The notes under the pieces were generated by a model. It was not told the DNA's origin. It ran no database searches and was given only the letters and a program-made list of their open reading frames with translations. From Trichlorobacter lovleyi SZ (lineage in GTDB: Bacteria; Desulfobacterota; Desulfuromonadia; Geobacterales; Pseudopelobacteraceae): a stretch of 32,000 bases of DNA. Made by a program: the position numbers and the translations under genes. Numbering within the stretch: the first letter of the stretch is position 1; every line of letters starts with the position of its first letter. The stretch lies in assembly GCF_000020385.1 (NCBI RefSeq), contig NC_010814.1:2310001-2342000 (forward strand), given 5' to 3'. This document shows, one piece after another, positions 17,708 to 27,466 of the stretch.

Positions 17708-19585
17708 TCAGGGCGACTTGAAAAACATCCGTGCGGATTTGGCAATGCCTTCCTTGTCCAGGCCATGCATGGCCCGCAGTTCATGTTGCTCACCCTGCTC
17801 AATATACTGATCAGGATAGCCGATCCGCAAAACCTGCGCCTGCAGCCCCTGCTCTTCCAGCAGCTCCAGCACAGCGGTACCAAAGCCGCCCTGCAGCGCA
17901 TTTTCTTCAAGGGTAACCAGCCTGCCAAAACGCTTGACCAGCTGAAGCAGCAGCTCTGCATCCAGCGGTTTGACAAAACGGGCATTTACCACGCTCAGGT
18001 CCAACCCTTCTGTGGCAAGCTCTGCAGCAGCATCCAGGGCAGGATACACCATTGAGCCCAGGGCAACCAGGACACCATCAGCACCTTCACGCAGCAGTTC
18101 AGCCTTGCCGATAGTTAACGGCTTCAGGTCCTGATCAAGGGGCACACCGTAGCCGTTACCACGAGGGTAACGCAGTGCAATGGGGCCGTTAAAGTCGATC
18201 GCTGTCTTAAGCATATGCTGCAGCTCGTTTTCATCCCTGGGTGCCATCAGGGTCATATTGGGGATATGACGCAGATAGGAGAGATCAAAGACGCCGTGAT
18301 GGGTAGGACCGTCGTTACCCACTACCCCGCCCCGGTCAAGGGCAAACACCACCGGTAGATTCTGGATACAGACATCGTGCAGCACCTGATCATAGGCCCG
18401 CTGCAGAAAGGTGGAGTAGACCGCAAAGACCGGTTTCTTGCCTTCGCAGGCCAGACCGGCAGCAAAGGTGGCACCATGCTGCTCGGCAATGCCCACATCA
18501 AAGAACCGCTCGGGATGCTGTTTTGCAAAATTGGTCAGTCCGGTGCCGTCCGGCATGGCAGCCGTAATGGCCACGACCCGCTCATCCTCCTCTGCCAGCC
18601 GTGCCAGGGTGTTGCCGAAGATGGCGGTGTAGGAGGCAGCCCCCCCCTTGCCTTTCAGGACCTTGCCGGTTTCAAGCTCAAACGGTCCAACCCCGTGGAA
18701 CAGGGATGGGTTCTGCTCTGCCGGTTTGTAACCCTTGCCCTTGGTGGTCAGGACATGGATTAAAACAGCAGTATCCAGTTTTTTGACCCGTTCCATGGTT
18801 TCCTGCAGCAATGGCAGATCATGACCGTCAATCGGGCCGATATATTCGAAGCCAAATGCCTGAAACAACATGGCCGGTGTAAACAGCCCTTTAAAGGAAT
18901 TTTCAATTTTGCGGGCAAGCCTGATAGCCCCCTGCCCCATATCACTTTTTGCATGCTTGATAAGTTGCTCGGTTTCACGTTTGAATTTGTGGATGAACTC
19001 GCTGCTGGAGGTGCGGGAAAGAAAGCCTGACACCGCTCCCACGTTCTCGGCAATCGACATTTCATTGTCGTTCAGCACCACCACCAGATCGCGGTTCAGA
19101 TGCCCGGCATGGTTCAGACCTTCAAAGGCAATGCCGCCGGTCATGGAACCATCACCGATCACCGCCACCACCTTGTTGGTCCTGCCGGCCAGGTCCCGCG
19201 CCACAGCATAACCAGTGGCTGCCGAAAGCGAGGTGGAGGAGTGCCCCACTTCCCAGACATCATGCTCTGACTCACAACGCTTCGGAAAACCGCTGATACC
19301 ATCAAGAGTGCGCAGGGAGTTAAAACTGTCACGACGTCCGCAGATAATCTTGTGGGCGTAGGCCTGGTGCCCCACATCCCAGATCAGCTTGTCTTCCGGT
19401 GAATTAAAGACCTTGTGCAGGGCAATGGTCAGCTCAACCACCCCCAGCGAAGGGGCAATATGGCCACCATTTTTGGCGCAGGTCTCAATAATCAGCTGGC
19501 GGATCTCTGCTGCCAGCTTTGGCAGATCCGTCTGAGGCAGTTGTTTCAGGTCTGCAGGTGCATTGATCTGATTCAGTAATGACAT
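17708..19585 (-). CDS. dxs: 1-deoxy-D-xylulose-5-phosphate synthase
   Basis: 625 aa. [12 protein letters not shown], the TPP-binding [18 protein letters not shown], and a transketolase-like C-terminal half. Confidence 0.95.
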   Translation of the reverse strand: MSLLNQINAPADLKQLPQTDLPKLAAEIRQLIIETCAKNGGHIAPSLGVVELTIALHKVFNSPEDKLIWDVGHQAYAHKIICGRRDSFNSLRTLDGISGFPKRCESEHDVWEVGHSSTSLSAATGYAVARDLAGRTNKVVAVIGDGSMTGGIAFEGLNHAGHLNRDLVVVLNDNEMSIAENVGAVSGFLSRTSSSEFIHKFKRETEQLIKHAKSDMGQGAIRLARKIENSFKGLFTPAMLFQAFGFEYIGPIDGHDLPLLQETMERVKKLDTAVLIHVLTTKGKGYKPAEQNPSLFHGVGPFELETGKVLKGKGGAASYTAIFGNTLARLAEEDERVVAITAAMPDGTGLTNFAKQHPERFFDVGIAEQHGATFAAGLACEGKKPVFAVYSTFLQRAYDQVLHDVCIQNLPVVFALDRGGVVGNDGPTHHGVFDLSYLRHIPNMTLMAPRDENELQHMLKTAIDFNGPIALRYPRGNGYGVPLDQDLKPLTIGKAELLREGADGVLVALGSMVYPALDAAAELATEGLDLSVVNARFVKPLDAELLLQLVKRFGRLVTLEENALQGGFGTAVLELLEEQGLQAQVLRIGYPDQYIEQGEQHELRAMHGLDKEGIAKSARMFFKSP

Positions 19586-19591
19586 AGGGGA

Positions 19592-20485
19592 TCAGTTCTT
19601 TCTCTCAACAATGTAGCGGGCAATCGCACGCAGCGGTTCAGCAGCGGCACCCAGCGGCTCCAGGGCCAGCATCGCCTCATCCATCATGGCCTGGGCTTCC
19701 TGCTTGGCAGCAGCCAGTCCCATTACCGCCGGATAGGTAGCCTTGCCGCGGGCCTCGTCACTACCGGCATCCTTGCCGATCTCTTCAGTGGTACCTTCAA
19801 TATCCAGGATATCATCGGCAATCTGGAAGGCCAGACCAGCTGCCTCACCATAGCGCCGGATGGCAGCCAGCTGCTTATCATCAGCCCCGCCCAGCAGCGC
19901 ACCGGCCACCACCGAGGCCTTGATCAGAGCGCCGGTCTTGTGGGCATGGATATACTGCACCGTGGGCAGATCCATGTCCGGCTTACCCTCGCTCTCCATA
20001 TCAACCACCTGGCCACCCACCATGCCGTAAGTACCGGCACAGGTGGCGATCTCATGGATCACCCCCAGACGGGCGGCAGGGTCAATCCCGGCTGCAAAAC
20101 GGGGGTCGCTCATCAGCTTGAACGCCTCGGTTAAAAGACCATCACCGGCCAGGATGGCGATCGCCTCACCAAAGACCTTGTGGTTGGTGGGGCGTCCCCG
20201 CCGGAAATCATCATCATCCATGGCAGGCAGATCGTCATGGATCAGGGAATAGGTATGGATCATCTCCATGGCACAGGCCGCCGGCATGGCCTTGTCAATC
20301 TGGCCGCCAACCGCCTCGCAGGCAGCCAGCATCAGTACCGGGCGCACCCGCTTACCACCGGCAAAGATGGAGTAGCGCATCGCCTTGTGGAGGCTTTGGG
20401 GACGTTCCTCTTCCTTGGGAAGATACTGCTCCAGCGCTGCATCAACCAGCGCGATCTTTTCTTTCAGATATACCTTGAGATCCAT
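19592..20485 (-). CDS. ispA: (2E,6E)-farnesyl/geranyl diphosphate synthase
   Basis: 297 aa. First Asp-rich motif LIHDDLPAMDDDDFRRG and second motif FQIADDILD. Confidence 0.9.
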   Translation of the reverse strand: MDLKVYLKEKIALVDAALEQYLPKEEERPQSLHKAMRYSIFAGGKRVRPVLMLAACEAVGGQIDKAMPAACAMEMIHTYSLIHDDLPAMDDDDFRRGRPTNHKVFGEAIAILAGDGLLTEAFKLMSDPRFAAGIDPAARLGVIHEIATCAGTYGMVGGQVVDMESEGKPDMDLPTVQYIHAHKTGALIKASVVAGALLGGADDKQLAAIRRYGEAAGLAFQIADDILDIEGTTEEIGKDAGSDEARGKATYPAVMGLAAAKQEAQAMMDEAMLALEPLGAAAEPLRAIARYIVERKN

Positions 20486-20494
20486 ATGCTTCCT

Positions 20495-20728
20495 TTAGTC
20501 ATCGTTATCAGTAGTAAACGGCTCTTTGCGGAATGATCCATCGCGCTGCTTGATCAGCACCTCAACCTTGCGCTCGGCTTCATCAAGTTTCTTGGCACAA
20601 AAGGCAGCATGCTTGACCCCTTCTTCAAAGGCCTTGATGGAGTCATCCAGTGAAAGTGAGCCCCCTTCCAGCTTGCGGACCACCTCTTCCAACTTTTTCA
20701 GCGATGTTTCAAATTTTTCAGCTGCCAT
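20495..20728 (-). CDS. xseB: Exodeoxyribonuclease VII small subunit
   Basis: 77 aa. FETSLKKLEEVVRKLEGGSLSLDDSIKAFEEGVK is typical of XseB, in the classic xseB-ispA-dxs order. Confidence 0.85.
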   Translation of the reverse strand: MAAEKFETSLKKLEEVVRKLEGGSLSLDDSIKAFEEGVKHAAFCAKKLDEAERKVEVLIKQRDGSFRKEPFTTDNDD

Positions 20729-20871
20729 ACCTGCCCCCGTAAATGTGAAACGGCATTATACTTTGATTACGGATGAATCGTCAACCTCAAGCCGCCAGAA
20801 CAATCTTCCCATACCTGGCAAACTCTGTAATAATCACCCTCAATTATACGTCAGACAGACCAGAGGTATCC

Positions 20872-22293
20872 GTGAACGTACTTTTTATCCACCCCCACGG
20901 CAGCAACTGGATGCCGGGAATGCAGGATATCACCACCATCTTTAATGTCATGCCGCCGTTGGGGATTCTTTCCATTGCGGCCTGGCTGGAAAAACATCAG
21001 GTGCCGGTTGAGATCATTGACTGTTATGCCACCCCGCTGACGCAGCAGGAGCTGGTGAATGAGGTGTTGCGCCGCAAACCGGATGTCGTGGCTTTTTCCT
21101 GCACCACCTCCTCGTTTCTGGAGGGCAACCGGATTGCCGAGGCGATCAAGGCGGCCGACAGCGGCATCACCACCGTCTTTGGCGGTGCCCATGCCTGCAC
21201 CATGGGAGCGCCGCTGCTGGACCGTTTCCCGGCCATTGACTGCCTGGTGATGGGGGAAGGCGAGCAGACCATGCTGGAGCTGGTTCAGGCCGGATTTCAG
21301 AACCTGGCGAACATCCCCGGCGTGGCCTACCGGGACAGCAATGGCCAGGCTGCCCAGTCTGCCCCAAGGGAGTTGATCGCCAATCTGGATGAGCTGCCGT
21401 TCCCGGCCTATCACCTGCTGCCCGGTTTTCCCCAGAAGTACAAGCTGCCGCTGTTCAGTTCGCCGACCGCACCCAACTCCAGCATCATCTCCAGCCGGGG
21501 CTGCCCCTACCAGTGCTCCTACTGTGACCGCTCCGTGTTCTCGCGCGGTTTCCGTTTCAACTCACCGGAGTACATCCTTGAGCATGTGGCCATGCTGCAG
21601 CGTGACTACGGCATCAGACATGTCTTTTTCTACGATGACCTGTTCACCTTTGACCGCAAGCGGGTGGCCCACTTTTGTGAGCTCAAGGCCAGGATGGGGC
21701 TGCAGGTCACCTACAACTGCATTGCCCGCCTGGAACATGTGGATCAGGAGCTGCTGAGCCTGCTGAAAGGCTCCGGCTGCTGGCAGGTCAATTTCGGCAT
21801 CGAATCCGGTGACCCGGAAATACTGAAAAAACACCGCAAGTTCTACGGTCTGGACGAGGTGGGACGCAAACTGCAGATGGTGAAAGACAGCGGCATGCGT
21901 GTTAAAGGGCTCTTTATGGTGGGGCTGCCGGGCGAGGATGAGGCGGCCATCCGCCGCACCATTGACTACGCCCTGTCCCTACCGCTGGATGAGATTAACG
22001 TAACCAAGTTTACCCCGTTTCCCGGTGCGCCGGTTTTCAAGACCCTGGAGCAGTTTGGCCAGTTTAACGAGGCATGGGAACTGATGAACTGCATGAACTT
22101 TGTCTTTATCCCCCATGGCATGACCAAGCAGCAGCTTGAGGACCTGTACAATGAATTCATCCGCCGCTTCTACCGCCGCAGCCGGATTCACTGGGGCTAC
22201 ACCAAGATGATCTGGCAATCCCCCCATAGCGTACTGGATTTCCTGAAAAACCTGCCAGCCATCCTGAAGTTTGAAAGGAAACAAAAATGGTAA
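20872..22293 (+). CDS. B12-binding-domain radical SAM enzyme (class B type)
   Basis: GTG start at 20872 with GAGG 5 nt upstream. N-terminal Rossmann-like cobalamin-binding region (VLFIHPHG...PPLGILSIAAWLEKHQVPVEIIDC...VVAFSCTTSS) and a CxxxCxxC motif in SSRGCPYQCSYCD. Confidence 0.85.
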   Translation: MNVLFIHPHGSNWMPGMQDITTIFNVMPPLGILSIAAWLEKHQVPVEIIDCYATPLTQQELVNEVLRRKPDVVAFSCTTSSFLEGNRIAEAIKAADSGITTVFGGAHACTMGAPLLDRFPAIDCLVMGEGEQTMLELVQAGFQNLANIPGVAYRDSNGQAAQSAPRELIANLDELPFPAYHLLPGFPQKYKLPLFSSPTAPNSSIISSRGCPYQCSYCDRSVFSRGFRFNSPEYILEHVAMLQRDYGIRHVFFYDDLFTFDRKRVAHFCELKARMGLQVTYNCIARLEHVDQELLSLLKGSGCWQVNFGIESGDPEILKKHRKFYGLDEVGRKLQMVKDSGMRVKGLFMVGLPGEDEAAIRRTIDYALSLPLDEINVTKFTPFPGAPVFKTLEQFGQFNEAWELMNCMNFVFIPHGMTKQQLEDLYNEFIRRFYRRSRIHWGYTKMIWQSPHSVLDFLKNLPAILKFERKQKW

Positions 22294-22874
22294 AGGGCAT
22301 TATTTCTGTTCTGTTTGTCGCTCTTTTCAGTGGTTCTGCATTGGCTGACAATCAGGTAAAAACCACAGCAGATGCCCGTTACGAACTGTCCCTGCTGACC
22401 GGCTACGGTATCACCCATCGCGGCTTTGGCGAGACCCGCACCCAGGTACAGACCTGGGATGCCATTGCCCGCCTGGGCTGGTATCTGTCTGATGATATTG
22501 GCAAGGGCAGCTGGTACCAAGGCAGGCATCAACTGCTGGTGGAACTGCCGTACCATCTGGTGTTGGACCATGGGGGCAGATCAATGGTGGGGGGATACTT
22601 ACTTGGAAGCTGGAAGTTTACCAGCCTGAGTCACCTAAAACCTTACATATTTGCCGGTGGTGGACCGGTCTATGTGGGTCTGGGGCTGCCCACTATGGGA
22701 GCTAAACTTAACTTCAGCTATCAAGGTGGCACCGGGGTACAGATTCCTGTAGCAGAGGCAACCATGCTGAACCTGGAGTACCGCTATCACCATATCTCCA
22801 ATGCCGGCACAGCCTCCCCCAATGAGCCGCTTAACTCCAGCAAGTTCCTGCTGGGGCTAAGCTGGTTGTACTGA
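22287..22874 (+). CDS. Acyloxyacyl hydrolase / lipid A 3-O-deacylase (PagL)-like outer-membrane beta-barrel
   Basis: 195 aa. It has a signal peptide, alternating beta-strand pattern, the catalytic-type motif YRYHHISNAG...NEPLNS, and a C-terminal aromatic residue (SWLY). The ATG overlaps the radical SAM stop. Confidence 0.7.
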   Translation: MVKGIISVLFVALFSGSALADNQVKTTADARYELSLLTGYGITHRGFGETRTQVQTWDAIARLGWYLSDDIGKGSWYQGRHQLLVELPYHLVLDHGGRSMVGGYLLGSWKFTSLSHLKPYIFAGGGPVYVGLGLPTMGAKLNFSYQGGTGVQIPVAEATMLNLEYRYHHISNAGTASPNEPLNSSKFLLGLSWLY

Positions 22875-22885
22875 GAACAAACTGA

Positions 22886-23179
22886 CTATTTTTTGAAAGT
22901 ATCTTTGATCTCTTCCCCTGCCTTTTTCGCCCCGGCCTTAATCTCCGTACCGGCCTGCTTGAACCCCGCCTTGGTTTCTTTGCCAACCTGTTTCAAGGCC
23001 TCTTTGGTTTCCTTGGCAGCTTTTTTGGTATCCTCTTTAATGGTCTTACCAGCTTGTTTAAAGGCTTCTTTAGTCTCGCGGCCGGACTGTTTTACCTCTT
23101 CGGTAAACTCATTAGCCCGGACCGGTGCTGCCAGACAGACCAGCAGCACCAGCTGACACAGCACTGAAAAACGCAGCAT
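22886..23179 (-). CDS. Secreted Lys-rich protein built from 6.5 tandem 11-residue repeats
   Basis: Signal peptide MLRFSVLCQLVLLVCLAAPVRA, then EEVKQSGRETK / EAFKQAGKTIK / EDTKKAAKETK / EALKQVGKETK / AGFKQAGTEIK / AGAKKAGEEIK / DTFKK. It lies 3 nt downstream of the MMPL gene. Confidence 0.65.
   Translation of the reverse strand: MLRFSVLCQLVLLVCLAAPVRANEFTEEVKQSGRETKEAFKQAGKTIKEDTKKAAKETKEALKQVGKETKAGFKQAGTEIKAGAKKAGEEIKDTFKK
22889..23101. repeat. Degenerate 33-bp tandem coding repeat (11-mer protein repeats)
   Basis: The periodicity was read from the translated sequence. The DNA copies have diverged. Confidence 0.7.
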
Positions 23180-23182
23180 GCT

Positions 23183-25702
23183 CTACCTCCTTGGTGTAAT
23201 AACCAGTCGTAATGTTGCCGGCACCAGCAGCAGGGCTGCCAGCACCGTGAAGCCTATCCCGAAGTTGGTGGCCCAGCCGATGGACGACATGGCGCCGTAG
23301 TCAGTAAAGGCCAGGGAACCAAAACCGGCAACCGTGGTCAGGGCCGACAGCAGCACAGAGCGGGCTGCCTGAATGAAGTTCTGTTCCTGCTGCTCCGTCA
23401 GACCTTCAGCGCAGCGATGCTGGATATGCAGACCGTAATCACTGCCCATGCCGACAATGGTCACCAGCACCATAATGTTCATAAAGTTCAGCTTCATTCC
23501 CACCAACGCCATGGTACCCAGCATGGCCACGGCGCCAAACAACACCGGTCCCAGTGACGCCACGATGCCATTCAGGCTCTTGAAGTGAGTCAGTAACAGC
23601 GCCAACACAAGCAGACTGCCCAGGCTAACACCAGTAACGGCGCTTCTGCGTACCGCTGCCAGCAGTTCCTGACTGACCAGATCAGTACCGGTCACCCGTG
23701 CTGAAGGCACATTCTTGTGTAGCTCCTGCACAAACCCGGCCTGATCAAGCTGACCAGCCTTGAAGTAGAGGTAGGTTAAGGAATGCCAGCCGCTGCGATC
23801 ATGCACCAGGTGCCGATCCACCACCCCCCGCAGGGGCGAGGCCTCCAGCTGTGCAATAATCACGGATTCATCCAGTACAGAGGTCAGACTATTGGCCCGG
23901 AGTTTATTCAGGTACGACTCAAACGACGCAACGCTAAAGCCCTTATCATACAGTTTTTTGGCAAGCTCATCAGCACGAAAACCGGTCCCCTGCAACCGGG
24001 CAACAATCTGCTCTTGATCAGCCCGACGGTTCATGATCTGACCCAGGCTGGACCAGGCCTGCAGCCTGCCCTCTGCTGCCAGCCGCGCTGCCAGCGCCTC
24101 CACTGCCAGATTCTGCTGCATCACCGCAGCCTGGCTGGTCCCATCAACCGCCACCAGCAGGCTTTTAGGGGCCAGATTCAGGTGCTGCTCCACCAGTTCC
24201 TGGGCATGAAACGCCTCTGAATGCTGGGGCTGCAGGTTCTTCAGCTCACCATCAAATGAGGTGCGCAGACTAAGCAGAAAAAAGAACAGCACCAGGCCGC
24301 CTGCCCCCCACAACAGGGGACGCGACCATCGGCCGGCCAGACGCCAGAGCCTGACCAGCCCCAATCCCGGCAAGGCACGGTACAGACGGTCAGAGGTATC
24401 TGTCTTGCGCAGTAACACCGGCATCAGGAACAGGGTGGCATACAGGGAAAAGATCACCCCCAGCCCCACCAGCAGCCCCAGCTCGGACAAGGCCCGCACC
24501 TCTGCCCAGCCCAGGGCCAGAAACGGCAGTGCCGTGGTAGTTGCGGCAGTAAACAGCCCCTGACCGGTATCAACCACAGCCAGGCTTACGGCCTGATCAG
24601 TTGTGGCACCGGCAACCCGTTCAGTATGAAAACGATCATAGAGATGAATGGAATAATCAGTGCCCAGACCGATGATCAGGGCCATGAAGGCAAAGGAGAT
24701 AATATGGATACTGCTGAGAAACAGACCTGCCGTGCCCAGGGCCAGCAGCACCCCGACCGCCAGTACCACCGGAATCATCAGGGTGGGCCAGATCCGGCGG
24801 TAGACCGCGTAAAAAATCCCCAGCACCACCACCAGTGAGGAAAGGATACAGGAAAGGATGTTGTACTTCATGGCTGCTTCATCAATCACCGCACTGATAT
24901 GGGCACCGGCGCAGGAGATCTTGACCGGTGACCCGCTACGGGCCTGGTTGATGCCTGCCACCAGCTTGCGGGCAAAGGCCATTTCCTGCACCGGCTTGAC
25001 CGGCTCGGCAATCATGATCAGGACGCGACCATCCCGTGACAGAAAATAGGGAGATGCCGGGTCCATATCCAGGGCCTGACTGCCGGCCTTGAGGCGGGGC
25101 AGGATCAGGCTGCGCAGCCCCAATGGATCAGCAAGAGAGAGCCCTACGCCACTGGCGCCGATGGAACCGGCCAGTTCTGCGGTCAGTTGATCCAGTGCCT
25201 GATCAACGGCCTTGGGTTTGAAACGTTCAAGCAGTGCAGGGGTATTATTAAGCGGTACAAAGGCTGCGGGATGGGCTGCGCTGAATGCCACCAGATCCGC
25301 AAAACGCCGGGCTTCCGACTCTTCATAGATCCGGTAGACCACCCTTTTGAAGGCCGGCGCGCCATCCACCTGCAGGGTGCGCAACCGCTCTGCCAGACGG
25401 GATGCCTCAGCAGGCAGGACAGCAGGGTCTCCCTCCAGCAGGAAGTAGGCCTGGTTGGCGCCGCCGGACCACTCCAGTGAATCAAGCAGCAGACGCATGG
25501 CAGGACGATCCGCCGGAAACAGGCGGAAGATGTCAGTCTCAAAATGAATGGTCAGCAATGATGAAACAGACAAAAAAACAAGGGCAAGCAATGAAACAAT
25601 CACCAGACGGGGGGATTGTCTGGTGATCCGGTCGATCCAGCCAAGGTGACGGATGGTCTGGGCGTTGCTCCAGACAAGCAGGCGGTTAAGCAGCTCAAAC
25701 AC
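23183..25702 (-). CDS. MMPL/RND-superfamily exporter (two 6-TM bundles, two periplasmic loops)
   Basis: 839 aa. Two hydrophobic blocks (about residues 280-440 and 690-830) each follow a large soluble loop. Topology resembles the 'predicted exporter' of aryl-polyene clusters or HpnN. Confidence 0.8.
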   Translation of the reverse strand: MFELLNRLLVWSNAQTIRHLGWIDRITRQSPRLVIVSLLALVFLSVSSLLTIHFETDIFRLFPADRPAMRLLLDSLEWSGGANQAYFLLEGDPAVLPAEASRLAERLRTLQVDGAPAFKRVVYRIYEESEARRFADLVAFSAAHPAAFVPLNNTPALLERFKPKAVDQALDQLTAELAGSIGASGVGLSLADPLGLRSLILPRLKAGSQALDMDPASPYFLSRDGRVLIMIAEPVKPVQEMAFARKLVAGINQARSGSPVKISCAGAHISAVIDEAAMKYNILSCILSSLVVVLGIFYAVYRRIWPTLMIPVVLAVGVLLALGTAGLFLSSIHIISFAFMALIIGLGTDYSIHLYDRFHTERVAGATTDQAVSLAVVDTGQGLFTAATTTALPFLALGWAEVRALSELGLLVGLGVIFSLYATLFLMPVLLRKTDTSDRLYRALPGLGLVRLWRLAGRWSRPLLWGAGGLVLFFFLLSLRTSFDGELKNLQPQHSEAFHAQELVEQHLNLAPKSLLVAVDGTSQAAVMQQNLAVEALAARLAAEGRLQAWSSLGQIMNRRADQEQIVARLQGTGFRADELAKKLYDKGFSVASFESYLNKLRANSLTSVLDESVIIAQLEASPLRGVVDRHLVHDRSGWHSLTYLYFKAGQLDQAGFVQELHKNVPSARVTGTDLVSQELLAAVRRSAVTGVSLGSLLVLALLLTHFKSLNGIVASLGPVLFGAVAMLGTMALVGMKLNFMNIMVLVTIVGMGSDYGLHIQHRCAEGLTEQQEQNFIQAARSVLLSALTTVAGFGSLAFTDYGAMSSIGWATNFGIGFTVLAALLLVPATLRLVITPRR

Positions 25703-25712
25703 GGCCAGTATC

Positions 25713-26441
25713 CTATTTCGGTTTCAGGACTGAAAGGGGGTACAGCCGCAGTCCCTGCAACGGCACGGCAAACATCTGCGGTTCAAGTTCTGTATTGATT
25801 TCAGGTTCTTCGAGAGTCAGGCGGATCCGGTCACCTTCGGCACTTTCCATCTGCAGCTCCATCGGGACCAGCACACCATCAAGTACCGCATAATTCCGGT
25901 AACGGACCTGCTCACCGCTGGCCAGGCTTTTTTCCACGATCAGCCCCTGTTTCAGGGTAATCTGTTCCTTCACGCCCCGCTCGTTGATCTGCTCAACAAC
26001 ACCGTTTTGCGGGGCATTGGCCGGTATGTCGGCGGCCAGAACCCACTGCAGCATGGCAAGCCCCTGTTGGCCGGTTGCAGCAGGTAACTCCCTGATATTT
26101 CCCAGAAAGGCCTCGCCGCTTGCAGGATAGGCCAAAGTCAGTTGAGGGCCATCCAGCCGGGTTTCCATAACCGTGGTGCCAAAGGGGGAGAGCATGATCA
26201 GCCGCATCTGGTCAGGACGACGATAGACCATGAACCCCCGACCTGAGATGTTTTTCTCACCGGAGCGCAGGGCAACGGTCACGCCGGAGCTGAGGGTTTC
26301 CACCTTTCTGCCGGGAACCACCTGCGAGGTATCAAGGCGCGGCGTTGAGGTAACACAGCCGGAAAACAGCGCGGTCAACAGAACAAGCCACAGCAGATGA
26401 GCCAATGAAGATATCTGCTTGAAATGGAAGCGGTTACGCAT
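25713..26441 (-). CDS. Lipoprotein (LolB-like / DUF3261-like position in cluster)
   Basis: 242 aa. The signal peptide ends in the lipobox LFSGC. It sits between the LolA-like and exporter genes. The family assignment is a guess. Confidence 0.5.
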   Translation of the reverse strand: MRNRFHFKQISSLAHLLWLVLLTALFSGCVTSTPRLDTSQVVPGRKVETLSSGVTVALRSGEKNISGRGFMVYRRPDQMRLIMLSPFGTTVMETRLDGPQLTLAYPASGEAFLGNIRELPAATGQQGLAMLQWVLAADIPANAPQNGVVEQINERGVKEQITLKQGLIVEKSLASGEQVRYRNYAVLDGVLVPMELQMESAEGDRIRLTLEEPEINTELEPQMFAVPLQGLRLYPLSVLKPK

Positions 26442-26444
26442 CAG

Positions 26445-27056
26445 CTACTCCAGACGAAAATCAGCATCGGACAGGCCGACATTTTTGCGGGTCTTGCGAA
26501 AGGTCATCACGGTTTTATCACCGGCCCGCTCTTCAAGCACCAGTTTGCGCACCGTGCCATCATCATGCAGCACAACCGTTAACTCCTTCAGTTGTCCACC
26601 CTTGGCCGGTCTGATGGTCACGCTGGTCTGGCTGCCGGTCTGTTCTGCCCGCACCTCCATCCCCTCCGGCACAGCAGTTATCTGCTTTGCCAGTGTGGCA
26701 AACCAGCGGGACAATCCCTGCTCAGGTGGCAGCACAATCCGCTGCAGTTCCCCCTGATTGCCCAGGCGTTGCAGCAGCACCGTATCTTTCAGCAGCACCT
26801 TGCTGCTGTAGGGCGGCACCAGCTCCATGTAGAAACGGTCCGGTTTCTTGAAGCGGATCTGCCCCTGCATAACCAGTTTTTTCTTCATGATTGAGAGCTG
26901 TTTTTCCTGGGTCAGGTCTGCAGTAAAATCCTGCATGGTGCCAAAGGAACGGCGCAGCGCCTCCAGCCCTTCAACCGGGGTAAGGTTGCGGGCCTCTGCC
27001 TTCAGGGCTCCGGTCAGCATCAGCAGGGCAAACAAAAATGACAGCAACAATTTCAT
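26445..27056 (-). CDS. LolA-like outer-membrane lipoprotein carrier family protein
   Basis: 203 aa with a signal peptide. The LolA-like segment FTADLTQEKQLSIMKKKLVMQGQIRFKKPDRFYMEL follows. Confidence 0.7.
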   Translation of the reverse strand: MKLLLSFLFALLMLTGALKAEARNLTPVEGLEALRRSFGTMQDFTADLTQEKQLSIMKKKLVMQGQIRFKKPDRFYMELVPPYSSKVLLKDTVLLQRLGNQGELQRIVLPPEQGLSRWFATLAKQITAVPEGMEVRAEQTGSQTSVTIRPAKGGQLKELTVVLHDDGTVRKLVLEERAGDKTVMTFRKTRKNVGLSDADFRLE

Positions 27057-27466
27057 AACGGTCCAATCCCCAGTGTCAGGGTAACGTGTAACAGTTCTTC
27101 ATCCCCCACCAGCACCTGTCCTTCCACCAGACATAAGCGGCCAAAGGATTTGATGATCCGGGCGGTGACCTCCAGGGTCTCGCCAAGCTGCGGGGCGCGG
27201 CCAAAACGGGCCTGATCAACCGCAGCCAGAAAACCGCCCTCCCCTTGCTGCTCCACTGCTGCAATCCCGGAAAGCTGGGCAACCGCCTCAACCAGCAGGG
27301 TCTGGGGATAGGCCTGTAAAGCTGCGCTGGTCCGGTAACGGGCCCGGGCAAAGCTGCCCGGCTGCTGTTCCAGTACCTGGTCCAGCATGACAAAGGGATA
27401 GCGATGGGGCAGGTATGTGGTGGGATCAGGATTAAGCAGGGTCGCCACCAAGCACTGAAATGGCAT
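27053..27466 (-). CDS. FabZ/FabA-like hotdog-fold dehydratase homolog
   Basis: YLPHRYPFVMLDQVLE is the FabZ N-terminal signature. Where FabZ has GHFP this protein reads QAYP, so the His is not obvious. The start is ambiguous between 27466 and 27448, and the gene overlaps the upstream stop. Confidence 0.7.
   Translation of the reverse strand: MPFQCLVATLLNPDPTTYLPHRYPFVMLDQVLEQQPGSFARARYRTSAALQAYPQTLLVEAVAQLSGIAAVEQQGEGGFLAAVDQARFGRAPQLGETLEVTARIIKSFGRLCLVEGQVLVGDEELLHVTLTLGIGPL

Noticed and set aside
20729-20871. A cobalamin riboswitch or sigma-54 promoter upstream of the first B12 radical SAM gene.
   Set aside because: I could find no B12-box-like sequence. The TGGCAA at about 20814 lacks a correctly spaced -12 TTGC element.
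17708-25702. A hopanoid-cluster interpretation: dxs/ispA next to B12 radical SAM genes (HpnP/HpnR/HpnJ-like) and an MMPL exporter (HpnN-like).
   Set aside because: The window contains no squalene synthase, squalene-hopene cyclase or hpnG/H-type genes. The exporter is instead operonic with KS, KR, DH and LolA-like genes, which points to an acyl or polyketide chain. It remains an alternative to test by homology search.
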